DNA of 64,000 nt from Balanoglossus misakiensis (lineage: Eukaryota; Animalia; Hemichordata), in the NCBI GenBank assembly GCA_040954595.2, contig CM082595.2:5730137-5794136 (forward strand). The letters are read 5' to 3'. Both the position numbers and the translations under genes were made by a program. The notes below the pieces were generated by a model, which saw only the letters and a program-made list of their open reading frames with translations, had not been told where the DNA came from and did not search any database. Numbering within the stretch: position 1 is the stretch's first letter; every line of letters begins with the position of its first letter. Shown here one piece after another: positions 48,166 to 59,429 of the stretch.

Positions 48166-49173
48166 CTATGGTATACCCATCTCACGCACGCAGCATTGAG
48201 ACGGTGGTTTGTCCCAGTCATAAACGTACGACTTGCGAACCTGTACTTCTTGAGCACACAATCTCTTGGAAGTCATCAACTGCATATGCTTTTCGAACAT
48301 CATTTCCGGTGTCTGTTTGTGTGTGACGATGTAGGCGTTATTGCAGCCCCGCGATTTGTACTCCGTGTCGAAGCGAGTGTCGTGAATCCTGTTGACGTCG
48401 ACGGGCGCCAACCACGCCCCGAGCGAAACGTCTTCGTTGTTGTAGAGTTTCAGGTAATCGGCGTTTCTGGCTACGTAATGTACCAAGTCACTGGAGAGCA
48501 CGTAGCCACCACCGAGGGCGTACGGCAGGTAGTGATCGCACAGCTTCCAGTCGGGTTCGGCCCATTTGGTCCTTTTCTTCGCTCTCGCGCGTCCGTCGAA
48601 GAATCCCCAGCACAGACGTTCCGGAAGCATGGTGCGCAATTCCTCGGAAATAACACCGAGCCTCGCGAACGTGTCATCGTCCGCTTTCAACACAAACGCG
48701 AAATCGACATTCTGATCCAGCCACGCGTACATTAACAGCAGTTTCCTCGTCAAGGCGGTGTACGAATCCTGTAGATCCTCCAGCAGCAACAGATCGTGAT
48801 ATTGCACCTGCTCTGCTTGTAATTTGTCCCTTTCTTGTTGTCCTAACCCGGCTACACCGATCACAAACCTCTGCAAAACGTCATCTCGGGGATACGACAA
48901 CAACCATGTCTGCCGTACGGCATTTCGGCGATCTACATTACCCGGTCCTGTCATGATCATCACAACTAAAAATGCTTGAATTTTTCTGGGGGAATCTGTG
49001 TGACTCAGCTGTTCCTTCTTTGTAACTTGAGATGGTTTGTCCTTGGAGTCGCGGCAGCGAGAACAGTCATCAGAAATATTGCACTGAGAGAGGTAGAGTA
49101 ATATCACAAAGAAGAAGATGATAGGCAACAGTTTCAGCACCGTGGCAGTGTGTAGTTTAGGCATCCTTGGCAT
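48166..49173 (-). CDS. B3GALT6: Beta-1,3-galactosyltransferase 6 (GAG linker GalT-II), single coding exon
   Basis: 335 aa from ATG 49173 just inside acceptor ttcag|49185; N-terminal TM anchor, RRNAVRQTW, KADDDTF, WGFFDGRA, YLPYALGGGYVLSSDLV, EDVSLGAWL, RFDTEYKSRGC, ends CCVREMGIP. Confidence 0.95.
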   Translation of the reverse strand: MPRMPKLHTATVLKLLPIIFFFVILLYLSQCNISDDCSRCRDSKDKPSQVTKKEQLSHTDSPRKIQAFLVVMIMTGPGNVDRRNAVRQTWLLSYPRDDVLQRFVIGVAGLGQQERDKLQAEQVQYHDLLLLEDLQDSYTALTRKLLLMYAWLDQNVDFAFVLKADDDTFARLGVISEELRTMLPERLCWGFFDGRARAKKRTKWAEPDWKLCDHYLPYALGGGYVLSSDLVHYVARNADYLKLYNNEDVSLGAWLAPVDVNRIHDTRFDTEYKSRGCNNAYIVTHKQTPEMMFEKHMQLMTSKRLCAQEVQVRKSYVYDWDKPPSQCCVREMGIP

Positions 49174-50568
49174 CTGATCACACACCTGAAGTAGAAACAA
49201 AGTGTATGGTAACATTGTTTACAGATGACATTTCAATAGTATATTAACCATCCAAAAATTACCCCTCCTCCCATCTCAGCCAATAGACTACATCTGGTTC
49301 TTTGTGGTAAGATCTAATTTGGAATTGATTGATGTCTCATTGGTAGATTGTTGGATAAGGATGTGTAACTGCTGCCATGGAAACCATACCTGTTATAAAT
49401 AATCATTTCAGACATTTTTGTATCCTATATAAACCTCAAAGGCATATACACACACGTGGCGAAAAACCTGACCCTCTCAACCCAAAAATAGCTACCCACA
49501 GCCAGGCCAGCAGACATAGACGGACAATAGCGTTTACATGTATACACCACATTGCTATTTAAATTTTAATTGCAGTGTACCTCAGTGTTTTCAATAGACA
49601 ATTCAAATCATATGGAAGTATATTTAGGCATTATTTTGAAATCATTGCTATTTCTGTTGCACTCAAGAAATATATTTAGAATCAGCCATATTGATTAAAG
49701 TACTTGTATGTGTTTTGAATCATTCCTCACATATCTTTATATACATTAAAAATATGCACAGAAGTTGTGAATAATTCATGTAATGCTTCCAAACGTAGTT
49801 AACACCAGAACAGAAATGTATGGTAATAGTCTACTCACAAAGTGCAAGTCTTTCTGTGGCAGAACCGCACTATCTGCCATCCACAGACACAGGTGTGTCT
49901 GGGCATAAACTGAAGAGTTGAGATGCAAGGGAGTTGATGACTCACCAGTTATGCAAATGAATGATACAGTCCCAACACCGTACAACAACTAAACTGTACG
50001 GGAAAGTTCCCGCACTAGTTGTAGCAGTGTTGTAGCAGAGATGTTACGGCAACACCTCTTTTGTTGGTTAATTGATGTTTTTTGTCTTAGTTTACGGCAA
50101 CTACAAAGGTTCCCGTAGTTTGAAACAAAAGAATGTGTGCTCCATTACGGCAATTTGGGGCAGGTGTTACGGCAAGAAGGGCTAATGGGGAGGTGATTAT
50201 CACCCTGATGTGAACAATAGTTGTAGCAATGTCTATGTGTGATAATGAGCTCCACCCAGGTGGATTTTGCTTGGTTGGGGGCAATTAATGTCCTGGCCTC
50301 ACTAAGCAAATAAATTCCTTCTAAATCTTGATAGCGAGCAAGTCAGTTGTCAACCTTACTAATATTTCCCGTCTCAGTAGCTGTACATACGCTATGCAGG
50401 GCTAGCTGATGGGCTTCAAAGTTTTGTGTTGTGACCTATGCAGAACGCAAGCGGTTCTAAAAATAAACTTCCATAACAACATGTACACTTGGCGTAAGTT
50501 GGCAGGGTATTGACTAATATGTTGCAATTGTTTGTATCAATGTACATTTTGAGACAACTAGGGCAAGG

Positions 50569-51106
50569 CTAGCTGCAATGATTGTAGCGGCCGGTGCTGC
50601 TTGGTTGACTGGTGTGCAGCATAACCGCTACAAGGCCTTGTGTGTAATTTTCCAATCAACTTTCGGTCGTCAGCTCAGTTATGGGGTTTAACTCTTACCT
50701 CCGATAACATTTGAAAACCGAACGGGTGCATCCCCCCCAAAAAACACCTCCGACGCCCAAATTTCCCCCAAAATTGTCCTGCTTCCATTAAAAAAACGAT
50801 AAATCCACTGAAGTTTCGCCGATGTTTACAAACTTTGTCCGCCATGTTTGCTCCAACATGGCGGAACACATCGGCGAAACTTCAGTGGATTTATCGTTTT
50901 TTTAATGGAAGCAGGACAATTTTGGGGGAAATTTGGGCGTCGGAGGTGTTTTTTTGGGGGTGCACCCGTTCGGTTTTCAAATGTTATCGGAGGTAAGAGT
51001 TAAACCCCATAACTGAGCTGACGACCGAAAGTTGATTGGAAAATTACACACAAGGCCTTGTAGCGGTAATGCACCTAGCAGCACCCGCTACAATCATTGC
51101 AGCTAG
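50569..51106. repeat. ~540 bp palindrome with 6-nt loop (50849-50854)
   Basis: About 200 bp (50626-50826) is the near-exact reverse complement of 50868-51066; centre TCCGCCATGTT-tgctcc-AACATGGCGGA; outer arms CTAGCTGCAATGATTGTAGCGG / CCGCTACAATCATTGCAGCTAG. Confidence 0.97.
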
Positions 51107-51607
51107 GGCAAGGCCAACAACCTGATCAGGATATTCAAATTAGGTAAAGACGCACTCAAAACAGCAATTATAATTACAGGACGTGTGCGTGCCATGCTGG
51201 TGACCAAATAGACGCAGACGGACCTCCCTGGCATTAGTGATACCCCGAGTAATAAAACACCTGTTGTTTTGATTACCTTGTCAATATGTGTAAATTTGGC
51301 AACAATGTGTTGCAAACCTGACGCTATCAAGCAGAGACATGGCCCAGTGAAAGTCCAAATAATTCAGAGTGAACCATGGTGCGATGTGTATTTTGAGTTT
51401 GTCTGTTTTTTGCACAAGAATTCTGCAGAGTTGTGAATAAAGTTGCAGTTCCATTTTGTGCGCATGTGTTGAGTTTGGCAGGAGGCCGTAATTGAAATGA
51501 CTGTCTTCTAAGTTTTGGTGTGGGAAACACCTCTGACACCACTATGCATATCAGAGTGCCTGAAACTTTTGGACCCATGTGCTTTTTATTTACATGATGA
51601 AATCGGC

Positions 51608-51840
51608 CACATGTTGACCTCGTAATTTATTCAAATTATTATTCACGTCAAAAGCCGTTAGACACGGCAGCAGGACGTCTAGCCGCTCATCTTTTTACCA
51701 GGTCGATCGATCGATACTACGGGCACTACCACACATGTTGACCTCGTAATTTATGCAAAGTATTATTCACATCAAAAGCCGTTTGACACAGGTGGAGGAC
51801 GTCTAGGCCCGGTCTTGCCGGCCACTCATCTTTTACCACC
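51608..51840. repeat. Two-copy diverged ~120 bp tandem duplication inside the transposon
   Basis: CACATGTTGACCTCGTAATTTAT...TCAAAAGCCGTT...GGACGTCTAG...CTCATCTTTTACCA occurs twice. Confidence 0.85.
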
Positions 51841-54075
51841 ATGATTTGACCATTTGGCAAGTGCTCTGAAATAATAGGACTAGTTTCACGTCGTGAATGT
51901 ACGTTCGCAGTAATAAGTTTCTCATGAATATTCACGCACCCGAGAGCTTGACAAAGACGCATTTGGACTAAACCACTATACCAGTGTATTTTGTTGAAAG
52001 TTCAGCGATCAATACTGTCATGCATGCCCGCTCGTAGTAATCACTTTGTTGTCAACTTTTTTATTTCAGGAATGTTGATTAAACAATACATTGAACTGGC
52101 TGGATTTGAACAGAAAATGTTAAAATTTTACATGTGAATTTGAAACTTACCATCAATTCATTCACTGCGGCCACCCCCTCTCTGTCTGGATATAAAGGTC
52201 GCTCATTGAATGTATTTTATCAGGCGCGGACTTTGGGGGCAAGAGGTAGCCAGACAATGATTGACAGGCAAATTGTATCCAAATTCTGCCAAGTGCAGGG
52301 GCTTGCTTAGACTAAACAAATTGCGTGAATATATAATGAGTAAACATGTAGGTCATTCATCCCAAACCGGCCAACTAACTGCTGCCAGTCACTTCCCATC
52401 ATGTTCAAGCACTGCCCGTCGGAAAATGAGTGTATATCCATTGCTGTATAATAGAATATTGAAATAATACAGACCATTACTACTTATGAAACCCTTCAAA
52501 ATTATAGTCAAGACTCTCAAAACTTGTCTGTTCTAAAGATCAAACTGCAGCGGATCGTGGTACTGCAGGCCAACATTATTTTGTAAACAAGCCTACTATT
52601 TATTATCAGGGTCTTCATGTAAGGGGGGGGGGGCAGCAGGTCAAAAAAAAAAGAAAGCCAATGTCTTTTAAGCTAAACACAATTGTGAAATGCGTCATTG
52701 TGTTTGATTTTCCATTGGTCATGCTGTATCTCTCAAATATTAATTGGTCCAGCTCCTTGAAAGAAAAGAAACCCCAGCAAAACATGTGCATTCTACAACA
52801 CTGGGGTAGGGATGTGTTGACCTCTGTTCATGTCCACAGACTGTTCTGTTACCAAGAGAGTTCAGACTTTGTCGATGAACATAACATCATTCCAAAACTG
52901 ACTTCATTGGTATTTGATGTCAGCCCTTTGCCATTTTATTTTTAGACAGAGCTTCTTTTGTAAACTTTGTGATACAATGTTGCAGTGACCTGTTGCAAAA
53001 ATGTTGCCTCTAGTTCTAGACCTGTCAATCACTCTAGTTGTAGCAAAATAATCAACACCTTGAACAAAAGGCATCACTCTGTGGGGGCTAATTGACAGGT
53101 GTTGCAGCAGTATTTACGGGTAGAGGTGTTAAGCTTCCCTTGTTAATGGCTTGCCCTAAAGGAGTTGCCGTAGTTTTTACGGAAATGTAACAAAAGGAAA
53201 TGGGCCTCAGACAATTGTTGCAGCAAACTCTGCTACAACTAACAATAGTTCCCGTAGGGGTTCCCGTAGGGGTTCCCGTAGGGTTGACGTACTACTTGCC
53301 GTATTCAGAAATGTACAAATAGTTGTTCTGTTCTGTTGGGACTGTACATCTGGTCACCTTACATACAGAGACCCACTCAGGTTACTAATGTGCAGCCACA
53401 TGGACAAATCTCTGTGTCTTGTATCCATTTCTGAAAGAGGAAAGCAAATGTTTGAAGAATAAAATAGTTCAAAGGTACGTACACAGAATGTCAGTTATGC
53501 AAACAACATATGTTGCCAATATTCTCCATATTCTCCACATAAATATCTGAAGATGGTGTAGCATGTTAAAGGTTTCACAGATATCTCAAGCATTAATAGT
53601 TAATCTGCATTTTCTGATAAATTTGTTGAATAATGAATATTACATATTCATCCTTCCAGTTATAAAGGATCATTGCTAGGGGGCGCTCTATACATTATGT
53701 GAGAGGAGTGTCCCAGAGTGGGAATTAACCTAGTAAACTCTAATATTGTGATACTGGTAGATAAAATTGTCTATTTTTACATTGCATTAAAGTTAAGTAG
53801 TATTTGTATTTCTCACAGATGGAGTTATTTCTATGACAACCAGTGTTCTTTATCATAGAATTGTTGGTGACATCCAATTGCTATGACAATAATCACAATT
53901 GATGTCACATATGCTATAAAGATGAAGACTTCAAGAATATGGATTACAAACAATTCAACTTCAAGGGGGATGGGACCTTTAATTTGCCCAGGTCACAGCT
54001 TCCGGTATCACAAAGCACCGTGTACATAACATATTAGCAAAAAAACGCGACGAAATCTACCAGTCCATTACTCAC

Positions 54076-54564
54076 TGTGTCAAAGAGCATGTTGAGAATC
54101 TTATTCTATGAAGATATAAGAGAAGACATGATACATTCACGCAAAAACCTCTTCAGAACCCAAGTCTCAATGTTATACACACACAACAGGAACCTTCATC
54201 TTTCAGCGAACGAGCCGAAAGGTGAAGGGTCACGGTCGCCATTTAAGACCACTTAGCTCGTGAAAATAACAAATAATGTTTTTTTGGGAGAAATTGCCAA
54301 ATATCATGCGTTGTTAGCGCCCAAGATTGACCTATAAATTTTTTCACAACATTGCGAGGTTAGCTTGTCACTTTTCTTCTGCTTGTTCTAAAATAATGTT
54401 ATCTTTCAGTTTGTTATTTATTTTGAGACACTTGGGGTGTCCATTACGATTTTCTATTCTTGGAGTACGGGGAATACGTCGACACACTCCCCTGACGTCT
54501 ACGAATTTCCGCAATTCGTGGATTTAAATCCGGCAAACAAGATCATTTGCCTTTTGGGGTAAAG
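54076..54564. promoter_or_regulatory. Probable bidirectional promoter with non-coding first exons of B3GALT6 (-) and UBE2J2 (+)
   Basis: Minus-strand AAATGGCGACC (YY1-like, 54234-54244) and donor GTGAGT at 54075; plus-strand donor AAG|GTAAGT at 54564/5; CpG-richer patch; both CDSs start right behind splice acceptors and so need upstream exons. Confidence 0.55.
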
Positions 54565-54919
54565 GTAAGTTGTTTACACTGTCTCCTTCGCCGTAGTGAT
54601 TGAGATTTCGGTGTGTGTTCGATGTGGTCGTTTGGTCTTTTGCAATGTACACCACGACACTGTAAATAGAAAACAACAAGAAATCACTGGCCTTGTGACA
54701 TTGTGTAATACCGAACGTAATATTCGTACGCAAATTACTGATATGTTATCTGTTTGTCAGTTTTTTTATATATCACATATCCTCCCTGGTCCATTCTGAT
54801 CGAAATATTTCATTGATCTTGTCAGTGATGAAGTTACCATTCAGTCAATTTACTATGCCATATTGTTGCTTTATCCCATCCCATGCCACAGTTTCTATAT
54901 CTCAAAATTTTATTCCATT

Positions 54920-55068
54920 TTAAGGTCACCTATGGAGAATTAGCTATAGTTACCATGGCAAATTGAGATCTAGCCAATAACATATTTTCAGTGGGTGGCA
55001 CACACGAAAAAAAGAGCGCCACCATATGTTCTTTAGAACACTCAAATACACCATTTCAGCCATATATG
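54920..55068 (-). mobile_element. MITE family A, truncated copy 7, ~45 nt upstream of the UBE2J2 first coding exon
   Basis: GGTCACCTATGGAGAATTAGCTATAGTTACCATGGCAAATTGAGATCTAGCCAAT...CATTTCAGCCATATATG. Confidence 0.85.
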
Positions 55069-55111
55069 ATATCCATGTCAGTTTCATTCCCCCTTTCTCT
55101 CAATTGCACAG

Positions 55112-57090
55112 ATGAGTAAGAGAATGAATACCACAGCTACCGCCAGGCTAAAGCAAGACTACATACGGATCATGAAAGATCCTGTACCCTATGTAACTGC
55201 AGCTCCTCTACACTCAAATATCCTAGAATGGTAAGAAACCATGTAATTCGCAATTCATTACAAAAACGATGATGTACCTGTACATAAAATTGTGTGTTTT
55301 GCCAATTTACTTGTATGTTCATTACTTGGAGAATTCATGCCTTGAGAAAATAGGAGAGCAAAGGAAAGCTCATGGTGATGACAATTTATGTAGAAATACT
55401 AGACATTTTATCATATTTACATTGTAAAGGTTGAGCGAAAACACGCCTAGTTACTGTTTGATACACAGAATAAAATTAATATGAAGCAGGCAACTTTTCA
55501 GCAAATGTTCGATTAAAGGTTCAACCAGAAGAATACATGTGAGGAATTTGCAAAATTCAGAATAATACAAAAGGATACAATCATTGCTAATGTTATAGGA
55601 AGAACAGAAAAAAATCATTATTTCATTCTTCTTCACAGGCATTATGTTGTGAGGGGACCTGAAGGAACACCCTACGAAGGAGGTTACTATCACGGCAAAC
55701 TTATCTTTCCCCGGGAATTCCCGTTCAAACCCCCAAGCATTTACATGATAACCCCAAACGGTAGATTCAAATGCAATACAAGGTAAGCGTTCCAACCTGT
55801 CATCACAGTGTACATGTATGTATGTGTAAATCTTGTGATAGGTGAAAATTAATCAGCAGGGGTATTACATGTGTTATGTGTGAATATGGCCAAATTGACA
55901 CAACATGAATAGCCCTTGCGACCAATATTTTTACTACATGTATGATAAAAAAAGCCAAATGCTTCGACAATATTTTGATCTCATTTATTCATGTATATAA
56001 ACAAGATAACATTTGAAGTTATTTTTGTATTCCTTTTAAGCTCTTGCATCCTGTTTATCCGTTTGTCTTTTCGGACAACATGCCATTTATCATGTACACA
56101 TGACCATGGTCACTGTCTCACAGACTTTCATCCAATCTCTATCCTGCAGACTTTGTTTGTCAATCAGTGACTTTCACCCAGATACATGGAATCCAGCCTG
56201 GTCTGTGTCGACCATCCTAACGGGACTCCTTAGCTTCATGGTCGAAAAGAATCCAACCCTCGGGAGTATAGAGACGTCTGACTACACGAAGAGACAGCTA
56301 GCCGCACAGAGCGCTGCTTTCAATTTGAAAAATCAAAATTTTACAGAACTTTTTCCGGAAATATCAGAGGTGGGTCAAGTGGGAAATTATTTTGAAAATG
56401 TATCTATCTTAATTCAGTGTAAATGTGACAGGGCAAATGGGCCATATTCATAATTTAGTTCATTATTTCAGGATTGTTTGTGCATCGCAAATAAACCCAG
56501 ATTACCAGTTGTTCACATTTTTATTAAGGGAAGCGGTCGTCACGCCACATTTGTTTGTTTATAAACATTACAATTCATCCACAAATCCCTGAAATTAATA
56601 ATTCTTAGGATGAACGAAGCAGCCAACCGTAGCGTAGACTGGGCATGACAGCAACTGAAGATCCTATTAGGTCGTGGCGACTGCAGTGAGGTTTGCGCTG
56701 GTATGGAAGGACATATTCTCATCAAGGGGGACACCCACGCGGCGCGACGACCCCTTCCCTTTAACTGTATATATCATGCTGTGAATATCGTGAGGGCAAG
56801 GGCAGAGCATTCATTTGATGGTTTTGTCACAGATATTGTTTAATGTTTTCTCCCTAATTTTGCAGGAGGCAAGGGAAAAGCTCAGACGACAAGAAGAGGA
56901 ACTGAAAAGGAGTTCTGAGTCTAGAGTGAATCCCCTCGCGACGTCCCACGGCAGCGGACAAGGCCCCGGGCAGAATAACGCAGACAACGGCTTTGTAGGA
57001 AGCACCCTAGCGAACATTTTCGTGATCGTGGGATTTGCTGCTTTTGCATACACCGTGAAATATGTTTTAAAAACTATAGCCAACGGATAG
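55112..57090 (+). CDS. UBE2J2: Ubiquitin-conjugating enzyme E2 J2 (Ubc6-type, tail-anchored ERAD E2)
   Basis: Exons 55112-55230, 55639-55782, 56150-56369, 56866-57090: [20 protein letters not shown]...[83 protein letters not shown]... with C-terminal TM segment [18 protein letters not shown]. Confidence 0.97.
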
Positions 57091-57719
57091 ACTGGTTTGT
57101 TTAGTATGAACAGGGGGGACAGGACTTGTATCGATGGGATATTCTTTCTTATTTTGTCTTTCTTGTGGTCTGGCCTTTTAAATAATTATGATAAAGATGG
57201 CACAAAAAATCTGTGACATTTATTTTGAGATGAACATTATAAAAAACGATTAAAGTGCCTCTTTTATCAACAGACTTGAAATATATACATCGCGTATAAA
57301 AACAGATATAAACATTTGAATAATTATGATAGTGTTTGTCGTGAAGGGGCTAATTATTAGTTGATTATGATGTGTGACCTTTTTGACCTTCGACGTACAA
57401 TTCTGCCTGTGATTCAAAGGAAGTTCTATCACTTTTAAGCCAACATGTAACAAGCAGGAAACTTCGAAACCCTGGTATCATTACCACCCTCAACAAAAAC
57501 ACTGAAGGTCATGCAATGTCAGATTTTCAACAGGTCAGATATTTATTTTCATTATCCATGATATGATATTTGAACAATTGTAACATGTGTACAAAAGATT
57601 TTTGGGGGTTTTCCTTGTACATTTGTACAATAAGAATAAATGATGTAGTGATAAAGTAGCATAGGAGTCTTTTATTTGTCATCTTGTCATTTTCATATTA
57701 GGACTTCATGGAACCTGAT

Positions 57720-57918
57720 TTAAAGGTATACAGTAACCTCCAATTTACATACGCCCATATATGGCTGAAATTGCGTATTTGAGCGTTCTAAAGAACATAT
57801 AGTGGCGCTCTTTTTTTCGCGTGTGCCACCCACTGAAAATCTGTGATTGGCTAGATCTCAATTTGCCATGGTAACTATAGCTACTAGTAATTTTCCATAG
57901 GTGACCGTATACCTTTAA
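57720..57918 (+). mobile_element. MITE family A, copy 8, between UBE2J2 and PPP1R35
   Basis: TTAAAGGTATACAGTAACCTCC...TAGGTGACCGTATACCTTTAA. Confidence 0.9.
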
Positions 57919-58675
57919 GTTTGAAATGTATAATCTTACAACAACAGTTCAACTCCCATTTGTACCAATACCAAATCCATTGTCTTATGTAAAAAAATTA
58001 AGAACCATCCTTTTACATGTACCCACAACAAGGGTTGTAGCTGATAGAAATTTGACGGAGCGATTAGCGTGGAGTGTTTGTGTTGAAAGAACTCAGGGTC
58101 TAGAAATGTCATTCTTATTCGTAGCCTTATCACACTTATCAGCACAAACCTTTGTTGAAATGGTCTCTTGTGAAAATGTCAAGAAAATGCTTAGTTGTTT
58201 TGTTCAAAATTCTTCTTTTGAGGCTATAGAATGTGATAACCATACACTACCTCTGGGTACGCACGTTCATGAAAAAATCTGTACAATCCTCTTTTGAAGA
58301 GCCAGTGTGCTCTCCATGATGAAGTGATGATGATTTCTGTGTAAATAGTTACACTGTGAAGTAAAATAAAGTCTTTATTTGTTGATTGAGATAAATTTGT
58401 CTCCTGTGATCTCCAATGTTTCCTGTGTGTACAACAGAAATAATGCCCATTTTCTATGGACGTTTGTATTACTTGATATTCCAGTCCTGTCCTTGCCTTC
58501 TATATACGAGCAAACAACAATTTGCAAAGAAATAGAAGTACAAAGTACTGAGAAGCATACCCCTCTGTAAATAAAATCTTTGCAGCACAAAAGCGCCATT
58601 GACGTTCGAAAACCTAGATCTTTTGTTTTGTTTTGATTGGAATGCGAAACCTACAACTCCCGTCAAGCATTGCGG

Positions 58676-58817
58676 CAAAATGGCGGCTTCCTTGAAAGTT
58701 TGACTTCGATTTCAAAGACGCCCGATCCTGTGATCCAGCGAGTACGTGGATAAGGATTTCCTGTTCTTCTGTCGGTTGGCAAACAGGGTTCGCGATACCT
58801 ACAACCACGATAAATAG
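58676..58817 (+). promoter_or_regulatory. Probable promoter/non-coding first exon of PPP1R35
   Basis: YY1-type CAAAATGGCGGC at 58676-58687, donor AG|GTAAAT at 58817/8, acceptor ttcag at 59300 upstream of ATG 59430. Confidence 0.55.
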
Positions 58818-59429
58818 GTAAATATCTTTTGATTTCGTCCCGGCGCCGAACGCGTCTATTTGAAATCTCCGTCTCTACTGCCAATGACTGCAGCTGACAC
58901 GTTGATCAAAACATAAACACTGTAGTAAACAAAAAGTTGTGCGGGTGGAAAGAAAGAGATCTGCTTTGTACCACACGGTGAACACGAGTGAAAATGAGCA
59001 GTTTATGACACGGAAATGTTTTTTCTTGCATTATGAAAAATTCAAATCGAAATCGATGTAAATCAAGGTGAAATCTGAAGCAACGTACTTCATGTCATGT
59101 CATAACTTGCACTGTGCACGGTTGCGGATTTTTTTCAGTGACTTCGAACCCCGTTACGGACTTGTCAGGAATAAGGTGAACACTTTTCAATATTTCAAAT
59201 ACAATCAAGAATTTTTTTTTCATTAACACTAGCCTTACCTTACTCAAGATATCACAAAATGTCTAATACCTGCTCTGATATTTTTGATCTACTATTTCAG
59301 GAACACATCTCTGCCAAGGAACAGTCAAAAGCGATATTTTTGAAGTGGTTAGGAACAATATAGTAGCTAGCGTTGGTGATCATACATTTCATGGACTGCA
59401 TCGATAAACAGCTCAAGTATTAAACAAAC

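Larger units (their letters stand above)
49967..53344. mobile_element. 3.4 kb non-autonomous DNA transposon in the B3GALT6 5' intron
   Basis: TA|CAGTCCCAACAccgtacAACAACTA ... TAGTTGTTctgttcTGTTGGGACTG|TA; both ends carry subterminal repeats (TTACGGCAA/TTGCCGTA, GTTCCCGTAG, GTTG(C/T)AGCA). No intact transposase ORF. Confidence 0.75.

Noticed and set aside
48196-48735. 179-aa plus-strand ORF
   Set aside because: Antisense shadow of the GC-rich B3GALT6 exon; no recognisable features.
49174-49215. ORF-track N-terminus MLPYTLFLLQ of B3GALT6
   Set aside because: It runs through the polypyrimidine tract and AG acceptor at 49186-49200, so it is intronic.
52661-52945. Intact transposon-encoded gene inside the 3.4 kb element
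   Set aside because: Only short exon-like scraps; no continuous frame or catalytic motif could be assembled.
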